From assembly GCA_963711565.1 (NCBI GenBank), contig CAVQEQ010000003.1:864001-928000 (forward strand): a stretch of 64,000 bases of DNA. The letters run 5' to 3'. The DNA is from an uncultured delta proteobacterium. GTDB taxonomy: Bacteria > Desulfobacterota > Binatia > Binatales > Binataceae. The notes under the pieces were generated by a model that saw nothing but the letters and a program-made list of their open reading frames with translations, made no database searches and had not been told where the DNA came from. Of the stretch, positions 1 through 9,071 are shown in pieces. Positions within the stretch are counted from its first letter, which is position 1; every line of letters begins with the position of its first letter. The translations under genes were made by a program, and so were the position numbers.

Positions 1-510
1 ATGACAGCCGACGCAATCGAGCGTCGCTTTTTTCTCCGTGTGACAGTTCACGCAAAATCCCATGTTGATTTCATGCACCGGCACCACGCGATCCATCGTC
101 TGCACCGGACCGTGACACGCCTGGCATTCGATCCCCGCATGAATATGCGGCCGATGCGTGAAGCGCACGAAGTCGGGCAGCGTGTACACCCGATTCCACT
201 GGATCTCGAACGCCGCCGGCGTGTCGTCCGTCCACGGCCGCGTCACCGGCTGAATTCCGCCGCCTGCAATTCCATTTCCGTGACATCCGACGCATCGCGC
301 GACCGCCGGGATTCCTGGCTCTGACGACCGGCTCGCGTACGCATGACAGTACTGACAGGGAATCTTGTTCACCCCGGCGTGTATTCGATGGCTGAACGGT
401 ATCGGCTGAACCACGTCGTTGCGCGGCGCCCACGGCCGCTGCGACAGCGCGATCACCGCGCCGCCCGAGACGAGCATCAACAGCGCTAGCGGGAGCACTA
501 TCCGGTTCAT
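1..510 (-). CDS. Membrane-anchored pentaheme cytochrome c (ActA/QrcA-like, alternative complex III type); 3' end runs off the window
   Basis: Manual translation from ATG at 510: MNRIVLPLALLMLV...QPIPFSHRIHAG...CQYCH...CVGCH...WNRVYTLPDFVRFTHRPH...CQACHG...MGFCVNCH...CVGCH. Five CxxCH motifs plus an N-terminal TM helix. Not in the ORF track because there is no stop in the window. Confidence 0.92.
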   Translation of the reverse strand, partial: MNRIVLPLALLMLVSGGAVIALSQRPWAPRNDVVQPIPFSHRIHAGVNKIPCQYCHAYASRSSEPGIPAVARCVGCHGNGIAGGGIQPVTRPWTDDTPAAFEIQWNRVYTLPDFVRFTHRPHIHAGIECQACHGPVQTMDRVVPVHEINMGFCVNCHTEKKATLDCVGCH

Positions 511-764
511 GCTGACGATCAGGCTTGTAATCCCAAAGAGCGCCGCAGCGCCACCGCGTGACGGTTAAAATTTCTAACAATAGAGACGTTCTCAATCAAG
601 CAAAATTAATGTTACTGGCTGCGCTTGATCTTCCAATCCACGCATCTACCTGTGGATTCCCATTGTGCGAGAACGCCGATTTATTGCGCCGGGTAGTTCC
701 GACGCTCCGGAAAGTGTGTTACTTATGACTCGATCATTATAATGGTTTAAGGCTGTTTCGAGAG

Positions 765-1928
765 GTGCAAATCAAGACTGCTTCCAGATTGGGTCTTTTA
801 CCGCCCTACCTTTTCGCCGAGCTTGACCGCCTCAAGAAGGAGGTCGCGAGCAAGGGCGTTGACGTTATCAGCCTCTCCATCGGCGATCCCGACCTGCGCA
901 CGCCGCGCCACATCGTTGACTCCCTCAAGCGCGCCGCCGACGAGCCCAAAAATCATCGCTATCCCGACTACGAAGGCTTGCCGCAATTTCGCCAGGCGTC
1001 CGCCGATTGGTACCGGCGCCGCTTCGGCGTCAGCTTTGACCATCAGCGCGAGGTATGCGCTCTCATCGGCTCCAAGGAAGGCATCGCAAACTTCGCGACC
1101 GCCGTCGTCGATCCCGGCGACATCGTACTGATTCCCGATCCCGGGTATCCGGTTTACTACTCGGGATGCGTCTTCAATGGCGGTGAGCCGTACTTTCTGC
1201 CGCTCCGAAAGGAAAGCGGATTCGTCCCCGACCTCGCGTCGATTCCCGCCGAAATCGCGCGCCGGGCCAAGATGCTGTGGCTGAACTATCCCAACAATCC
1301 AACCGCCGCGACCGTTGACCTCTCATTCTTCCAGGACGCCGTCAAATTCTGCCTCAAGCACGACATCATCCTCGCGCACGACAGCGCCTATTCCGAAATT
1401 GCCTACGACGGTTATCGCGCGCCGAGTGTTTTCCAGGCCGAAGGCTCGCGCGATTGCGCGATCGAGTTCCATTCTCTCTCGAAGACTTTCTCGATGACCG
1501 GATGGCGCGTCGGTTTCGCAATCGGCAACCCGCAATTGATCGGCGCACTCGGCAAGGTCAAGACCAACATGGATTCCGGCGTCTTCCAGGCTGTGCAGGA
1601 AGCCGCAATCACCGGCCTCGAAGGAGGCGACGGCGACAAGCTCGCCGAATATTGCGCTATCTACAAGGAACGCCGCGACGTGCTGGTCACGGCGCTCCGC
1701 GCGCTCGGCCTCGAATGCGAAAAGCCGCGCGCTACCTTTTATGTCTGGACTAAAGTTCCACGTGGCTACACCTCGGTTTCATTTACCGAGCGCGTATTGA
1801 AGGAAGCCGGCATCGCAATCACGCCGGGCTCCGGATTCGGCAAGGGTGGTGAGGGATACGTTCGCTTTTCACTCACGAGCGAACGGTTGGTCGAGGCGGT
1901 GGACCGACTAAAAGCGCTACGGTTGTAA
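765..1928 (+). CDS. dapL: LL-diaminopimelate aminotransferase (class I PLP aminotransferase)
   Basis: LPPYLFAE start, GSKEG, NYPNNPT, HDSAY, SLSKTFSMTGWRVG PLP-lysine motif, GEGYVRF. Confidence 0.85.
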   Translation: MQIKTASRLGLLPPYLFAELDRLKKEVASKGVDVISLSIGDPDLRTPRHIVDSLKRAADEPKNHRYPDYEGLPQFRQASADWYRRRFGVSFDHQREVCALIGSKEGIANFATAVVDPGDIVLIPDPGYPVYYSGCVFNGGEPYFLPLRKESGFVPDLASIPAEIARRAKMLWLNYPNNPTAATVDLSFFQDAVKFCLKHDIILAHDSAYSEIAYDGYRAPSVFQAEGSRDCAIEFHSLSKTFSMTGWRVGFAIGNPQLIGALGKVKTNMDSGVFQAVQEAAITGLEGGDGDKLAEYCAIYKERRDVLVTALRALGLECEKPRATFYVWTKVPRGYTSVSFTERVLKEAGIAITPGSGFGKGGEGYVRFSLTSERLVEAVDRLKALRL

Positions 1929-1937
1929 ACGGCGAGG

Positions 1938-2489
1938 ATGCCCCATCGGGCTTTCATCGGAATAGGCAGTAATCTAGGCGATCGAGCCGCCAATTATCGC
2001 GAGGCGATTCAACGGATCGCGTCGATCCCGGACACGAGGGTCGTGCGCCAATCCTCGATCTACGAGACCGAGCCGATGGGCGATCTCAAGGGCGCTTTCC
2101 TGAATGGCGTCATCGAAGTCGAGACCGATCTGCCTGCCGAAGTCCTGATGCGCCGGATGCTCGCGCTCGAGCGCATCATGGGCCGCAAGCGCGTCAAGGG
2201 CCGCAAGCAGACTCGCGGCAAGTACCGCCCGCGCATCATCGATCTCGATTTGCTGTTCTTCAACAAGGAGACGATCGACACGCGCGTCCTCAAGGTGCCG
2301 CATCCGCACCTGCACGAGCGCCGCTTCGTGCTCGCCCCGATGAGCGAGCTGGCGCCGGCGCTGATTCATCCGAAACTCAACGCGTCCATCTCCGAAATGC
2401 TGGCGGGACTTAAATCACCGTTTCGTGTTACGCTTGCGAGAGCGGACCTGCTGAGGCCGCAACCCGCAAAGAAAGAGGCATCCCGATGA
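1938..2489 (+). CDS. folK: 2-amino-4-hydroxy-6-hydroxymethyldihydropteridine diphosphokinase
   Basis: [38 protein letters not shown] motifs. Confidence 0.95.
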   Translation: MPHRAFIGIGSNLGDRAANYREAIQRIASIPDTRVVRQSSIYETEPMGDLKGAFLNGVIEVETDLPAEVLMRRMLALERIMGRKRVKGRKQTRGKYRPRIIDLDLLFFNKETIDTRVLKVPHPHLHERRFVLAPMSELAPALIHPKLNASISEMLAGLKSPFRVTLARADLLRPQPAKKEASR

Positions 2490-3136
2490 AATATTTTATC
2501 GATACCGCCGACGTCGCCGAGATTCGCGAGGCCGCCAGTTGGGGACTGATCGACGGTGTGACCACCAACCCGTCGCTGATGGCAAAGACCGGCCGCCCGT
2601 ATCACGACGTGCTCAAAGAGATCTGCGAAATCGTCGACGGCCCGATCAGCGCCGAAGTGGTCGCCACCGAAGCGTCCGCGATGATCGAAGAGGGCGAGAA
2701 GCTGGCCAAGCTCCACAAGAACATCGTCGTAAAGTGCCCGATGATCGTCGAGGGCCTCAAAGCCACTCACGCGCTGGCCAAACGCGGCATCCGCGTGAAC
2801 GTGACTCTGATCTTCACGCCTCTTCAGGCGCTCGCAGCAGCAAAGGTAGGCGCGTCATTCCTCTCGCCCTTCATCGGCCGCCTCGATGACATCGGCCAGG
2901 ACGGCTTCGAAATCGTCGAGCAAATGGTGCAAATCCTCTCGAACTACGACTACCCAGCCGAAGTGCTGGTAGCCTCCGTCCGCACCACAACGCACCTGCT
3001 ACGCGCCGCCGAAATCGGCGCCGACATAGCAACAGTCCCGTTCGCAGTACTAAAACAAACGCTCCATCATCCCCTGACAGACCTGGGCCTCGAGCGCTTC
3101 CTCGCCGACTGGCGCAAAACAAATCAAAAGATCTGA
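2486..3136 (+). CDS. tal: Transaldolase / fructose-6-phosphate aldolase family
   Basis: [40 protein letters not shown]; ATGA overlap with folK. Confidence 0.92.
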   Translation: MKYFIDTADVAEIREAASWGLIDGVTTNPSLMAKTGRPYHDVLKEICEIVDGPISAEVVATEASAMIEEGEKLAKLHKNIVVKCPMIVEGLKATHALAKRGIRVNVTLIFTPLQALAAAKVGASFLSPFIGRLDDIGQDGFEIVEQMVQILSNYDYPAEVLVASVRTTTHLLRAAEIGADIATVPFAVLKQTLHHPLTDLGLERFLADWRKTNQKI

Positions 3137-3178
3137 CGGTTCACAACGCGGGCGGCGCGATCTTACCTCGCCCGTTAC

Positions 3179-3754
3179 TTGACGGGAGAGGCGGCTGGCC
3201 GCAACGCGGCCAGCGGTGAGGGTTCCGCGACGCAAGCTCATTCCCTGACGTCGCGAATCGTCATCCTGGGATGCGCCGGCAGCGGCAAGACAACCTTCGC
3301 GCACCAGCTAGGTGAGCGCACCGGCGCACCAGTGGTTTGCCTCGACGCAATCTGGCAGCCGAATTGGACCAAAGACGACGTCCCCGCTTCCCGAACATTG
3401 ATAAAGGATGCGCACGCGGGCGAGACGTGGATCAGTGAAGGCAACTTCGCGCTCGCGACCTTCGATATCCGCCTGCCTCGCGCCACTCTTGTGATCTGGC
3501 TCGACCGCCCAAAACAGTACTGCGCCTGGCGGGCAATCGCGCGAGTGTTTCACCCCGGCGAGCCGCATCGAATTGGCGACCTAGCCAAGGTGCTCCGCTT
3601 CATCTGGAGTTTCGATCGAATTAACCGCCCGCTGATCGAGGCGCAACGAATCGCACACGGGCCTGACGTTCCAGTCGTCAGATTGAAGAGCAATCGAGAG
3701 ATTGCCGCCTTCCTGAAGTCTTCCGGCCTGAACCGCATAGCACGCAGCAGATGA
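3179..3754 (+). CDS. P-loop nucleotide kinase, FlaR/topology modulation protein family (start uncertain)
   Basis: RIVILGCAGSGKTT Walker A, LDAIWQPNW, WISEGNF, VIWLD motifs. Confidence 0.75.
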   Translation: MTGEAAGRNAASGEGSATQAHSLTSRIVILGCAGSGKTTFAHQLGERTGAPVVCLDAIWQPNWTKDDVPASRTLIKDAHAGETWISEGNFALATFDIRLPRATLVIWLDRPKQYCAWRAIARVFHPGEPHRIGDLAKVLRFIWSFDRINRPLIEAQRIAHGPDVPVVRLKSNREIAAFLKSSGLNRIARSR

Positions 3755-3802
3755 AGTAGCGATGCACTCCGCGATCAACCGGATCCAACGAGCTTTGAGT
3801 CA

Positions 3803-3938
3803 GTAGGGCGGGCCGCCGTGCCCGCCGCTCCTCCGGTTGTGAGGCAACCGTCTTCAGTACAAGCAAGATGAGTCATTGATTGGTAAGCGCGGGCGCGACC
3901 GGCCGCGCGTCGATGGCGGGCACGGCGGCCCGCCCCAC
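3803..3938. repeat. REPIN-like inverted pair of 24-bp GTAG-type REP elements
   Basis: GTAGGGCGGGCCGCCGTGCCCGCC at 3803-3826; inverted copy GGCGGGCACGGCGGCCCGCCCCAC at 3915-3938 (one mismatch), between convergent genes. Confidence 0.8.
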
Positions 3939-3961
3939 TATCAAGGCCAAAATATCCGGTT

Positions 3962-3997
3962 CCCCTTCCCGCGCGGAAAGGGGTTGGGGGTTAGGTT
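3962..3997 (+). repeat. REP-like palindrome, CCCCTTCCC..GGGAAGGGG-TTAGGGGTTAGG family
   Basis: ccccttcccgcgcggaaaggggttgggggttaggtt; relatives at 35084-35119 and 43084-43120. Confidence 0.7.
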
Positions 3998-4045
3998 CTC
4001 TGCCCTCGCACAGGTTCAGCTCGATGCAAGCGGCGCGCGCTTCGC

Positions 4046-5212
4046 TTAATTCGTAACAGCCGCCGCTGCGGTACGCTCCGCGATCAATCGATCCAGCTCC
4101 GCCCGCAGTTTGGGTAGCACTTCTTCGTAGCCGAAATATCCCAGCTTGCGATCCTTCTTCTTGAGATTCACCGTCGTCGGCCCGCACCACAGGCCGAGGT
4201 CCGCATCATCGGTCTCGCCCGGCCCGTTCACGCGACATCCCATGATCGCGATCGTGATCTTGTACTTCTCGGCGTAAACCGTGAGCTCCTTCACCTGCTG
4301 CGCGAGCTCGACGAATTTCATATTCTCGACGCGCGAGCACGACGGGCACGAGATGATATTCAGCCCCGCGCCGAAGTCCGGCACCGAGATAAATCTTCCC
4401 GCCGCAACGTCCTCGATAATCTTGTGCCCTACGATCACTTCCTCGTGCTTGCGCTCGTTGGGCAGCGTCAGCGAGACGCGAATCGTATCGCCGATACTCT
4501 GCGCGAGCAGCTTCTCGAACGCGATCCGCGTCTTGATAATCCCGTCCGGCGGCAATCCCGCCTCCGTAACTCCAAGGTGAATCGGCACGTCGGGGCGCCG
4601 CTTGGAAAAGCGCCGGTTCGCGTCCATCACCTTGACCGGATCGGAATCCTTCAACGACACGACGAAGCGCGTGAAGCCCAGATCGTCCATCAGATCGCAA
4701 TGGTACGCGGCCGACTCGACGATCGCCGCCAGTTGATCGCCCGGGTACTTGTCGAGAAACGCCGGCGCCACCGATCCGCAGTTCACGCCGATCCGAATCG
4801 CAACGTCATTGTCCCGCGCCACATCGACGATCCATTTCACTTTCTGCTCGATCGTCTTCGATTTCTCGATATGGTGCAGATGCCCGGGGTTGTAGCGAAT
4901 CTTGTCAACGTACGGCGCGACCCGGTCCGCGATTTTGTAGTTCTCCTGCAAATCGACCGACAGCACGACGCCCATCGTCTGCTCGCGGATTTCCTTGACC
5001 GCCGGGATTTCTTTCTCGCTGTCGATCGCGATGCGCACGATTCCCGCGCCTGCGTTCGCCAGCTGATGCGCCTGCGCGACGGTCTCATCGATGTCGATCG
5101 TCCGCGTCGCGCACATCGATTGCACCACTACCGGCGCGTTGCCGCCGACCTTGGTACCGCCAATCGTTATCTGCCGTGTCTTCCGATCTTTTAGTGCCGT
5201 ATCCATCTCCAC
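4046..5212 (-). CDS. ispG: (E)-4-hydroxy-3-methylbut-2-enyl-diphosphate synthase
   Basis: [56 protein letters not shown] Fe-S ligands. Confidence 0.95.
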   Translation of the reverse strand: MEMDTALKDRKTRQITIGGTKVGGNAPVVVQSMCATRTIDIDETVAQAHQLANAGAGIVRIAIDSEKEIPAVKEIREQTMGVVLSVDLQENYKIADRVAPYVDKIRYNPGHLHHIEKSKTIEQKVKWIVDVARDNDVAIRIGVNCGSVAPAFLDKYPGDQLAAIVESAAYHCDLMDDLGFTRFVVSLKDSDPVKVMDANRRFSKRRPDVPIHLGVTEAGLPPDGIIKTRIAFEKLLAQSIGDTIRVSLTLPNERKHEEVIVGHKIIEDVAAGRFISVPDFGAGLNIISCPSCSRVENMKFVELAQQVKELTVYAEKYKITIAIMGCRVNGPGETDDADLGLWCGPTTVNLKKKDRKLGYFGYEEVLPKLRAELDRLIAERTAAAAVTN

Positions 5213-5240
5213 CTATGCTGCCGAATGCGCGCCGCGCTTG

Positions 5241-5573
5241 CTAGTGCTTGTGCTCGTCCGCCACCGCCATCGCGATCGCGCCGTGGCTGAACGCCGCGCC
5301 CGCGCGCATCGCCGCCGCGACCCACACCGCCTCGGCGATTTCCTGGTCGGTGCATCCTTTTTCTTTCGCGCGCGTGACGTGCGCCTCGATACACCACGGG
5401 CATTGCGTGACGTGCGCCGCCGTAATCGCCATCAACTCTTTCGTCTTGCTCGGGATCGCGCCGTCCTTGAAAACTTCCTTGTCGAATTCCAGGAAGCCCT
5501 TGAACGCGTCGGGCGCGTTCTGACGCAGGTTGCGGAGATACTTCGAGGTTTCATTGCCGTAGAATTCTGCCAT
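5241..5573 (-). CDS. Carboxymuconolactone decarboxylase / AhpD-like alkylhydroperoxidase
   Basis: KTKELMAI, TQCPWCIEAH (CxxC), EIAEAVWVA; ATG at 5573 with a GGAGA RBS. Confidence 0.88.
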   Translation of the reverse strand: MAEFYGNETSKYLRNLRQNAPDAFKGFLEFDKEVFKDGAIPSKTKELMAITAAHVTQCPWCIEAHVTRAKEKGCTDQEIAEAVWVAAAMRAGAAFSHGAIAMAVADEHKH

Positions 5574-5903
5574 CGTAATTTCTCCAGGGGTGTTTCTCGC
5601 TGATGACGTGACTATAGCAGACCGCTCGCTGGTATCGATAACAATTGCCTTTGCGCGCACGCGCCGTTCGCCTACGCTAATTCTGCCGTTATCGCCGGAC
5701 AAATCTTGCTTATCCAAAGCTCGCGACGGCTAATTTACGCTCTGACTTTTCCCTTGCAATGAGTCAGCGTTCCCACTAAGTTTCTTTTCCTCTGTCGTTG
5801 TTTATTAGACGGAAAGGGGCGTTGCATAAGAGATGTTCGCTGTCTCATGCGGCAAAATTTACCAGTTCAAGCTCTTCGCTCGGGGGAGGGAGGAAGCTGA
5901 ACG

Positions 5904-6350
5904 ATGAGTACCGTCACCACCATCGGCGTTGCCGATCCACGACCGTATCCCGACGTAATCCTTCGCAGCCAGTTCTTCGAGATGGTCGGCACGCGAACGC
6001 TCTCGAGCGAACAGCGCCTGATGCTCGCGGTGCTGGCCGACGCTATCAACGTCGTGCAGGAATTCGGCGGCTCGACCAGTCCGCGCAAACGCAACTCGTT
6101 TAGCGAGGCCTGGAACTGGTTCTTCACCAAGGGCGTCTCATGTCCGCTGTCGTACGGGAGCGTATGCGACGCGCTCGGCATCGACGCCGACGGCCTGCGA
6201 TGGCGTCTGTCGGAGCTGGTCGCCGGCCGCGGCGGCACTCCGCTTCGCTTGCGGCTGAAGGAAGCGAGCCGGATGCAGCGCCTCACCGTCAATCGAGTGC
6301 GGCGCCGCGATCCTCGCCGGATGCATCGCGCCAACCGCGCCCCGCGCTAG
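5904..6350 (+). CDS. Conserved hypothetical protein (EQRLMLAVLADAI / SVCDALGID motif family)
   Basis: GGGAGG upstream, host-like codon usage, downstream hairpin; function unknown. Confidence 0.75.
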   Translation: MSTVTTIGVADPRPYPDVILRSQFFEMVGTRTLSSEQRLMLAVLADAINVVQEFGGSTSPRKRNSFSEAWNWFFTKGVSCPLSYGSVCDALGIDADGLRWRLSELVAGRGGTPLRLRLKEASRMQRLTVNRVRRRDPRRMHRANRAPR

Positions 6351-6374
6351 GGCTTCGATTCAATCTGCCGACTG

Positions 6375-6408
6375 AGCCGCGCGCGGACCAAAGAATCCGC
6401 GCGCGGCT
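6375..6408. terminator. GC-rich stem-loop, possible terminator
   Basis: AGCCGCGCGCGGA-ccaaagaa-TCCGCGCGCGGCT perfect 13-bp stem after the 6350 stop; no long U tract. Confidence 0.45.
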
Positions 6409-6415
6409 TGGGGTC

Positions 6416-6437
6416 GACGGAATAAATTCCGTCCTAC
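6416..6437 (-). repeat. GTAG-type REP (GTAGGACGGAATTTATTCCGTC)
   Basis: Identical 22-mer at 9038-9059 and an inverted variant at 8966-8987. Confidence 0.8.
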
Positions 6438-6484
6438 TTTTACCCCTGCAAACCCACGGCGGGTTTCATTAAGATGACGTTCCT

Positions 6485-7696
6485 ATGGATCGTCCTCTCC
6501 AAGGCGTCAAAGTCGTCGAAGTCGCGATGTGGGTCGCCGGCCCCTCGACCACCGCCGTCCTCGGCGACTGGGGTGCCGACGTCATCAAGCTCGAAGACCC
6601 AGCCACGGGCGATCCGATTCGCGGCTTCGTCACGCGTACGATGGGCGATCCCAACGCGCGCATCCGTCCCCCTTTCGAGCTCGACAATCGCAACAAACGC
6701 TCTGTCGCCGTTGACCTGCGCACTGCAGACGGCCACGCCTTCGCACTCAAGCTGATCGAACGCGCCGACGTTTTCGTCACCAGCCTGCGCCTCGACGCCA
6801 TCGAGCGCATGAAGCTCGACTACACGACTCTCTCGGCGAGAAATCCGCGTCTCATCTATGCGTCGATTAACGGCTATGGCCATCGCGGTCCCGATCGCGA
6901 TCGTCCCGCGTTCGACTACGCCGCCGCATGGGCGCGCTCGGGCCTGATGGCGACGATCGCCGAGCCGGGACAGTCGCCGCCTGCGCAACGTCCCGCCATG
7001 ATCGACCACGCCGTCGGTCTCGGCCTCGCAGGCGCAATCTCAGCCGCACTGCTCGCCCGCGAGCGCACCGGCCGCGGCCGCGAGGTCAACATCTCGCTCT
7101 TCTCGATGGGCCTGTGGATGAACGCCTCGTACCTCACCGTCGGCCTGATGACCGGCCGCTCGCCGCAATCCGAGTCGCGCACGCAGCGCGTGAATCCGCT
7201 CTGGAGTTCCTATCGATGCGCCGGCGGGCGATGGGTTTACTTCGTGATGATCCAGAGCGATCGCCATTGGCCGGATTTCTGCCACGCGCTCGGCAAACCG
7301 GATTGGCAGAAGGATCCCCGCTTCAAGGACTCAACCGCTCGCGCGCAAAACTGCGCCGCGTTAACCGACGAAATCGATCGCGCCGTCGCCGCCCGCACCG
7401 CTGACGAATGGGCGCCGATTTTCGATCGCCACAATCTCGTGTGGGCACCCGTCAGCACCGACGCCGAAGTGCTCGACGATCCGCAAGCCCACGCTATCGG
7501 TGCTTTCGCCGCTGTCGATCATCCGAACATTCCCGGATGCGGCGTCATCGACAGCCCGGTGGAATTCGGCGACGTCAACAAATTGCCCCATCGCGCCGCC
7601 CCCGAGCTCGGGCAACATACCGAGGAAGTCGCGCTCGAAATCGGCCTCACCTGGGACGAAATCGCCCGCCTCAAAGCTTCCGGCACCCTCGGTTAG
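6485..7696 (+). CDS. Family III CoA-transferase (CaiB/BaiF)
   Basis: PLQGVKVVE, GADVIKLE, NRNKRSVAVDL, ADVFV, NPRLIYASINGYG, AFD, APELGQHTEEV. Confidence 0.93.
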   Translation: MDRPLQGVKVVEVAMWVAGPSTTAVLGDWGADVIKLEDPATGDPIRGFVTRTMGDPNARIRPPFELDNRNKRSVAVDLRTADGHAFALKLIERADVFVTSLRLDAIERMKLDYTTLSARNPRLIYASINGYGHRGPDRDRPAFDYAAAWARSGLMATIAEPGQSPPAQRPAMIDHAVGLGLAGAISAALLARERTGRGREVNISLFSMGLWMNASYLTVGLMTGRSPQSESRTQRVNPLWSSYRCAGGRWVYFVMIQSDRHWPDFCHALGKPDWQKDPRFKDSTARAQNCAALTDEIDRAVAARTADEWAPIFDRHNLVWAPVSTDAEVLDDPQAHAIGAFAAVDHPNIPGCGVIDSPVEFGDVNKLPHRAAPELGQHTEEVALEIGLTWDEIARLKASGTLG

Positions 7697-7794
7697 TCTA
7701 ATGCTGAAAATGGGAAAAACGCTTGGCTGATGGGTTTATTTTGTACTTCACGATAATCAAACGAGGTTGTAAATGCGGATTTTCCCGATCCTGT

Positions 7795-7824
7795 TTGACT
7801 CTGACGAACGCCCCTCCATATGAT
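7795..7824 (+). promoter_or_regulatory. Putative sigma70 promoter
   Basis: TTGACT-N18-TATGAT about 50 bp upstream of ATG 7873, in an AT-rich spacer. Confidence 0.5.
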
Positions 7825-7872
7825 CTTAATACCCGATCGTCATCTGTTCCCGGAGGTCGCCTGCTCGTGCGA

Positions 7873-8412
7873 ATGATTGTTCCTCCTGTCGCCCATCGCC
7901 GCGAAATTGATCGCAACCTCGCCGAATTCTTCCGCGGCCATCGCGCCGCGTATTTCAACCGCGCTATCTCCTCGATGTGCCGATACTTCAGCGTCCGCCG
8001 CCCGCGCATCCAATGGTTCGAGTACATCGATTGGGGCAAGACCGCCGGCCGCACCTACGAAGACGGCCGCATCCACCTCGTCCATCCCGAAAACTGGAAG
8101 CGCGGACGCATCTACTTCAGCGAGCGCAAATGGATCCAGATGATTTACCACGAGATGGGTCATTTCATTCTCTGGAGCGACGCCGAGCGCAAGGCCGAAA
8201 TGTTCTCGCGCAGGATGATCACCGGGCTGAGAGTGCCCAGCCGCCGCGGCGCTGCACGATCGCGCACCCGCACCGGAATTTCGAGCACGCGCCGCGCCGC
8301 AAATCGCCTCCGCAAACGCCGCCCGCGTATTTCGATCGCACGAAAATCGCGACGGGCTAATCGCGTCGCTTCCAGGCGCATCACCGCTCGCAAGTCTCGA
8401 CGGGTCGCCTGA
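7873..8412 (+). CDS. Small HExxH zinc-metallopeptidase-like protein (ImmA/IrrE-like motif) with Arg-rich C-terminal tail
   Basis: YHEMGHFILWSDAERKAEMF; last ~60 aa are very rich in R/S/A; start placed at MIVPP after GGAGG. Confidence 0.7.
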   Translation: MIVPPVAHRREIDRNLAEFFRGHRAAYFNRAISSMCRYFSVRRPRIQWFEYIDWGKTAGRTYEDGRIHLVHPENWKRGRIYFSERKWIQMIYHEMGHFILWSDAERKAEMFSRRMITGLRVPSRRGAARSRTRTGISSTRRAANRLRKRRPRISIARKSRRANRVASRRITARKSRRVA

Positions 8413-8963
8413 TGCCGCAGAAGCCCAACGTCGAAAATCGCTGGTGGGTCGAAACCACCTTCAAGAAACCGAAAAAGGCCAAGTCCGAAACCGAGATGCC
8501 GCAGTTGCCGGTCGCGATGGCCTTTTACCAGGTCGCGCGTGATTACGATCAGGACCGCGCCAAGGAAGATCTCACCGACAACAACCTGCGCATCGCGCGA
8601 GCGGCCAATCCTCCGCAGGGCGATTGGGCCTACCTCGCGATGACCGAGCAGCACGCGCCCGCCAACGTGATCAAGCGCGTCAAGGACGAGTTCCGCATTC
8701 CGCGCGAGGCCCGCGGCATCGTGATCGACCATGGCCGCGTCGTGCGCCTGTTGATCTGCGGCCCGCAACTCGAGGACTGGATGCTCGACATCACGCTCGG
8801 CGACGAACCCTCCGTCAACGCCTACGTATGGTCGGTGATGTACCGCGAAAGAATCTTCCGCCGCGCCGAAGACGCCCTGCGCCAGGCCCGCAAATGGGCC
8901 ATCAACCTCCTCCAATTCCCCCCGCCAAGAGACGAACCCTTCCGCGGCGCCCTGCTCGTGTAG
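8412..8963 (+). CDS. Hypothetical protein, translationally coupled to the upstream HExxH gene
   Basis: TGATG stop/start overlap, host-like codon usage; no recognisable motif. Confidence 0.7.
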   Translation: MPQKPNVENRWWVETTFKKPKKAKSETEMPQLPVAMAFYQVARDYDQDRAKEDLTDNNLRIARAANPPQGDWAYLAMTEQHAPANVIKRVKDEFRIPREARGIVIDHGRVVRLLICGPQLEDWMLDITLGDEPSVNAYVWSVMYRERIFRRAEDALRQARKWAINLLQFPPPRDEPFRGALLV

Positions 8964-8965
8964 CA

Positions 8966-9059
8966 GTAGGACGAAATTTATTTCGTCAATTCCATATTCG
9001 TCGATTTCTGTATTTCTTGCTTTTTTGTGACGGGGCTGACGGAATAAATTCCGTCCTAC
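8966..9059. repeat. REPIN: inverted pair of GTAG-type REPs with AT-rich spacer
   Basis: GTAGGACGAAATTTATTTCGTC (8966-8987) and GACGGAATAAATTCCGTCCTAC (9038-9059). Confidence 0.82.
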
Positions 9060-9071
9060 GAAGTTCCCGCC

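Noticed and set aside
1-595. ORF-track entries 1..324 (+) and 71..595 (-)
   Set aside because: Antisense and off-frame shadows of the pentaheme cytochrome c gene
596-764. FNR box upstream of the cytochrome c gene
   Set aside because: TTGAT and ATCAA half-sites are present but not at the TTGAT-N4-ATCAA spacing
1860-1895. DapL C-terminus FSLTSERL seems about two residues shorter than typical
   Set aside because: In-frame and minor; natural variation cannot be told from an artefact without alignment
3985-3995. Telomere-like TTAGGG sequences (also near 43107)
   Set aside because: Only one or two units, forming the tail of a REP-like palindrome family
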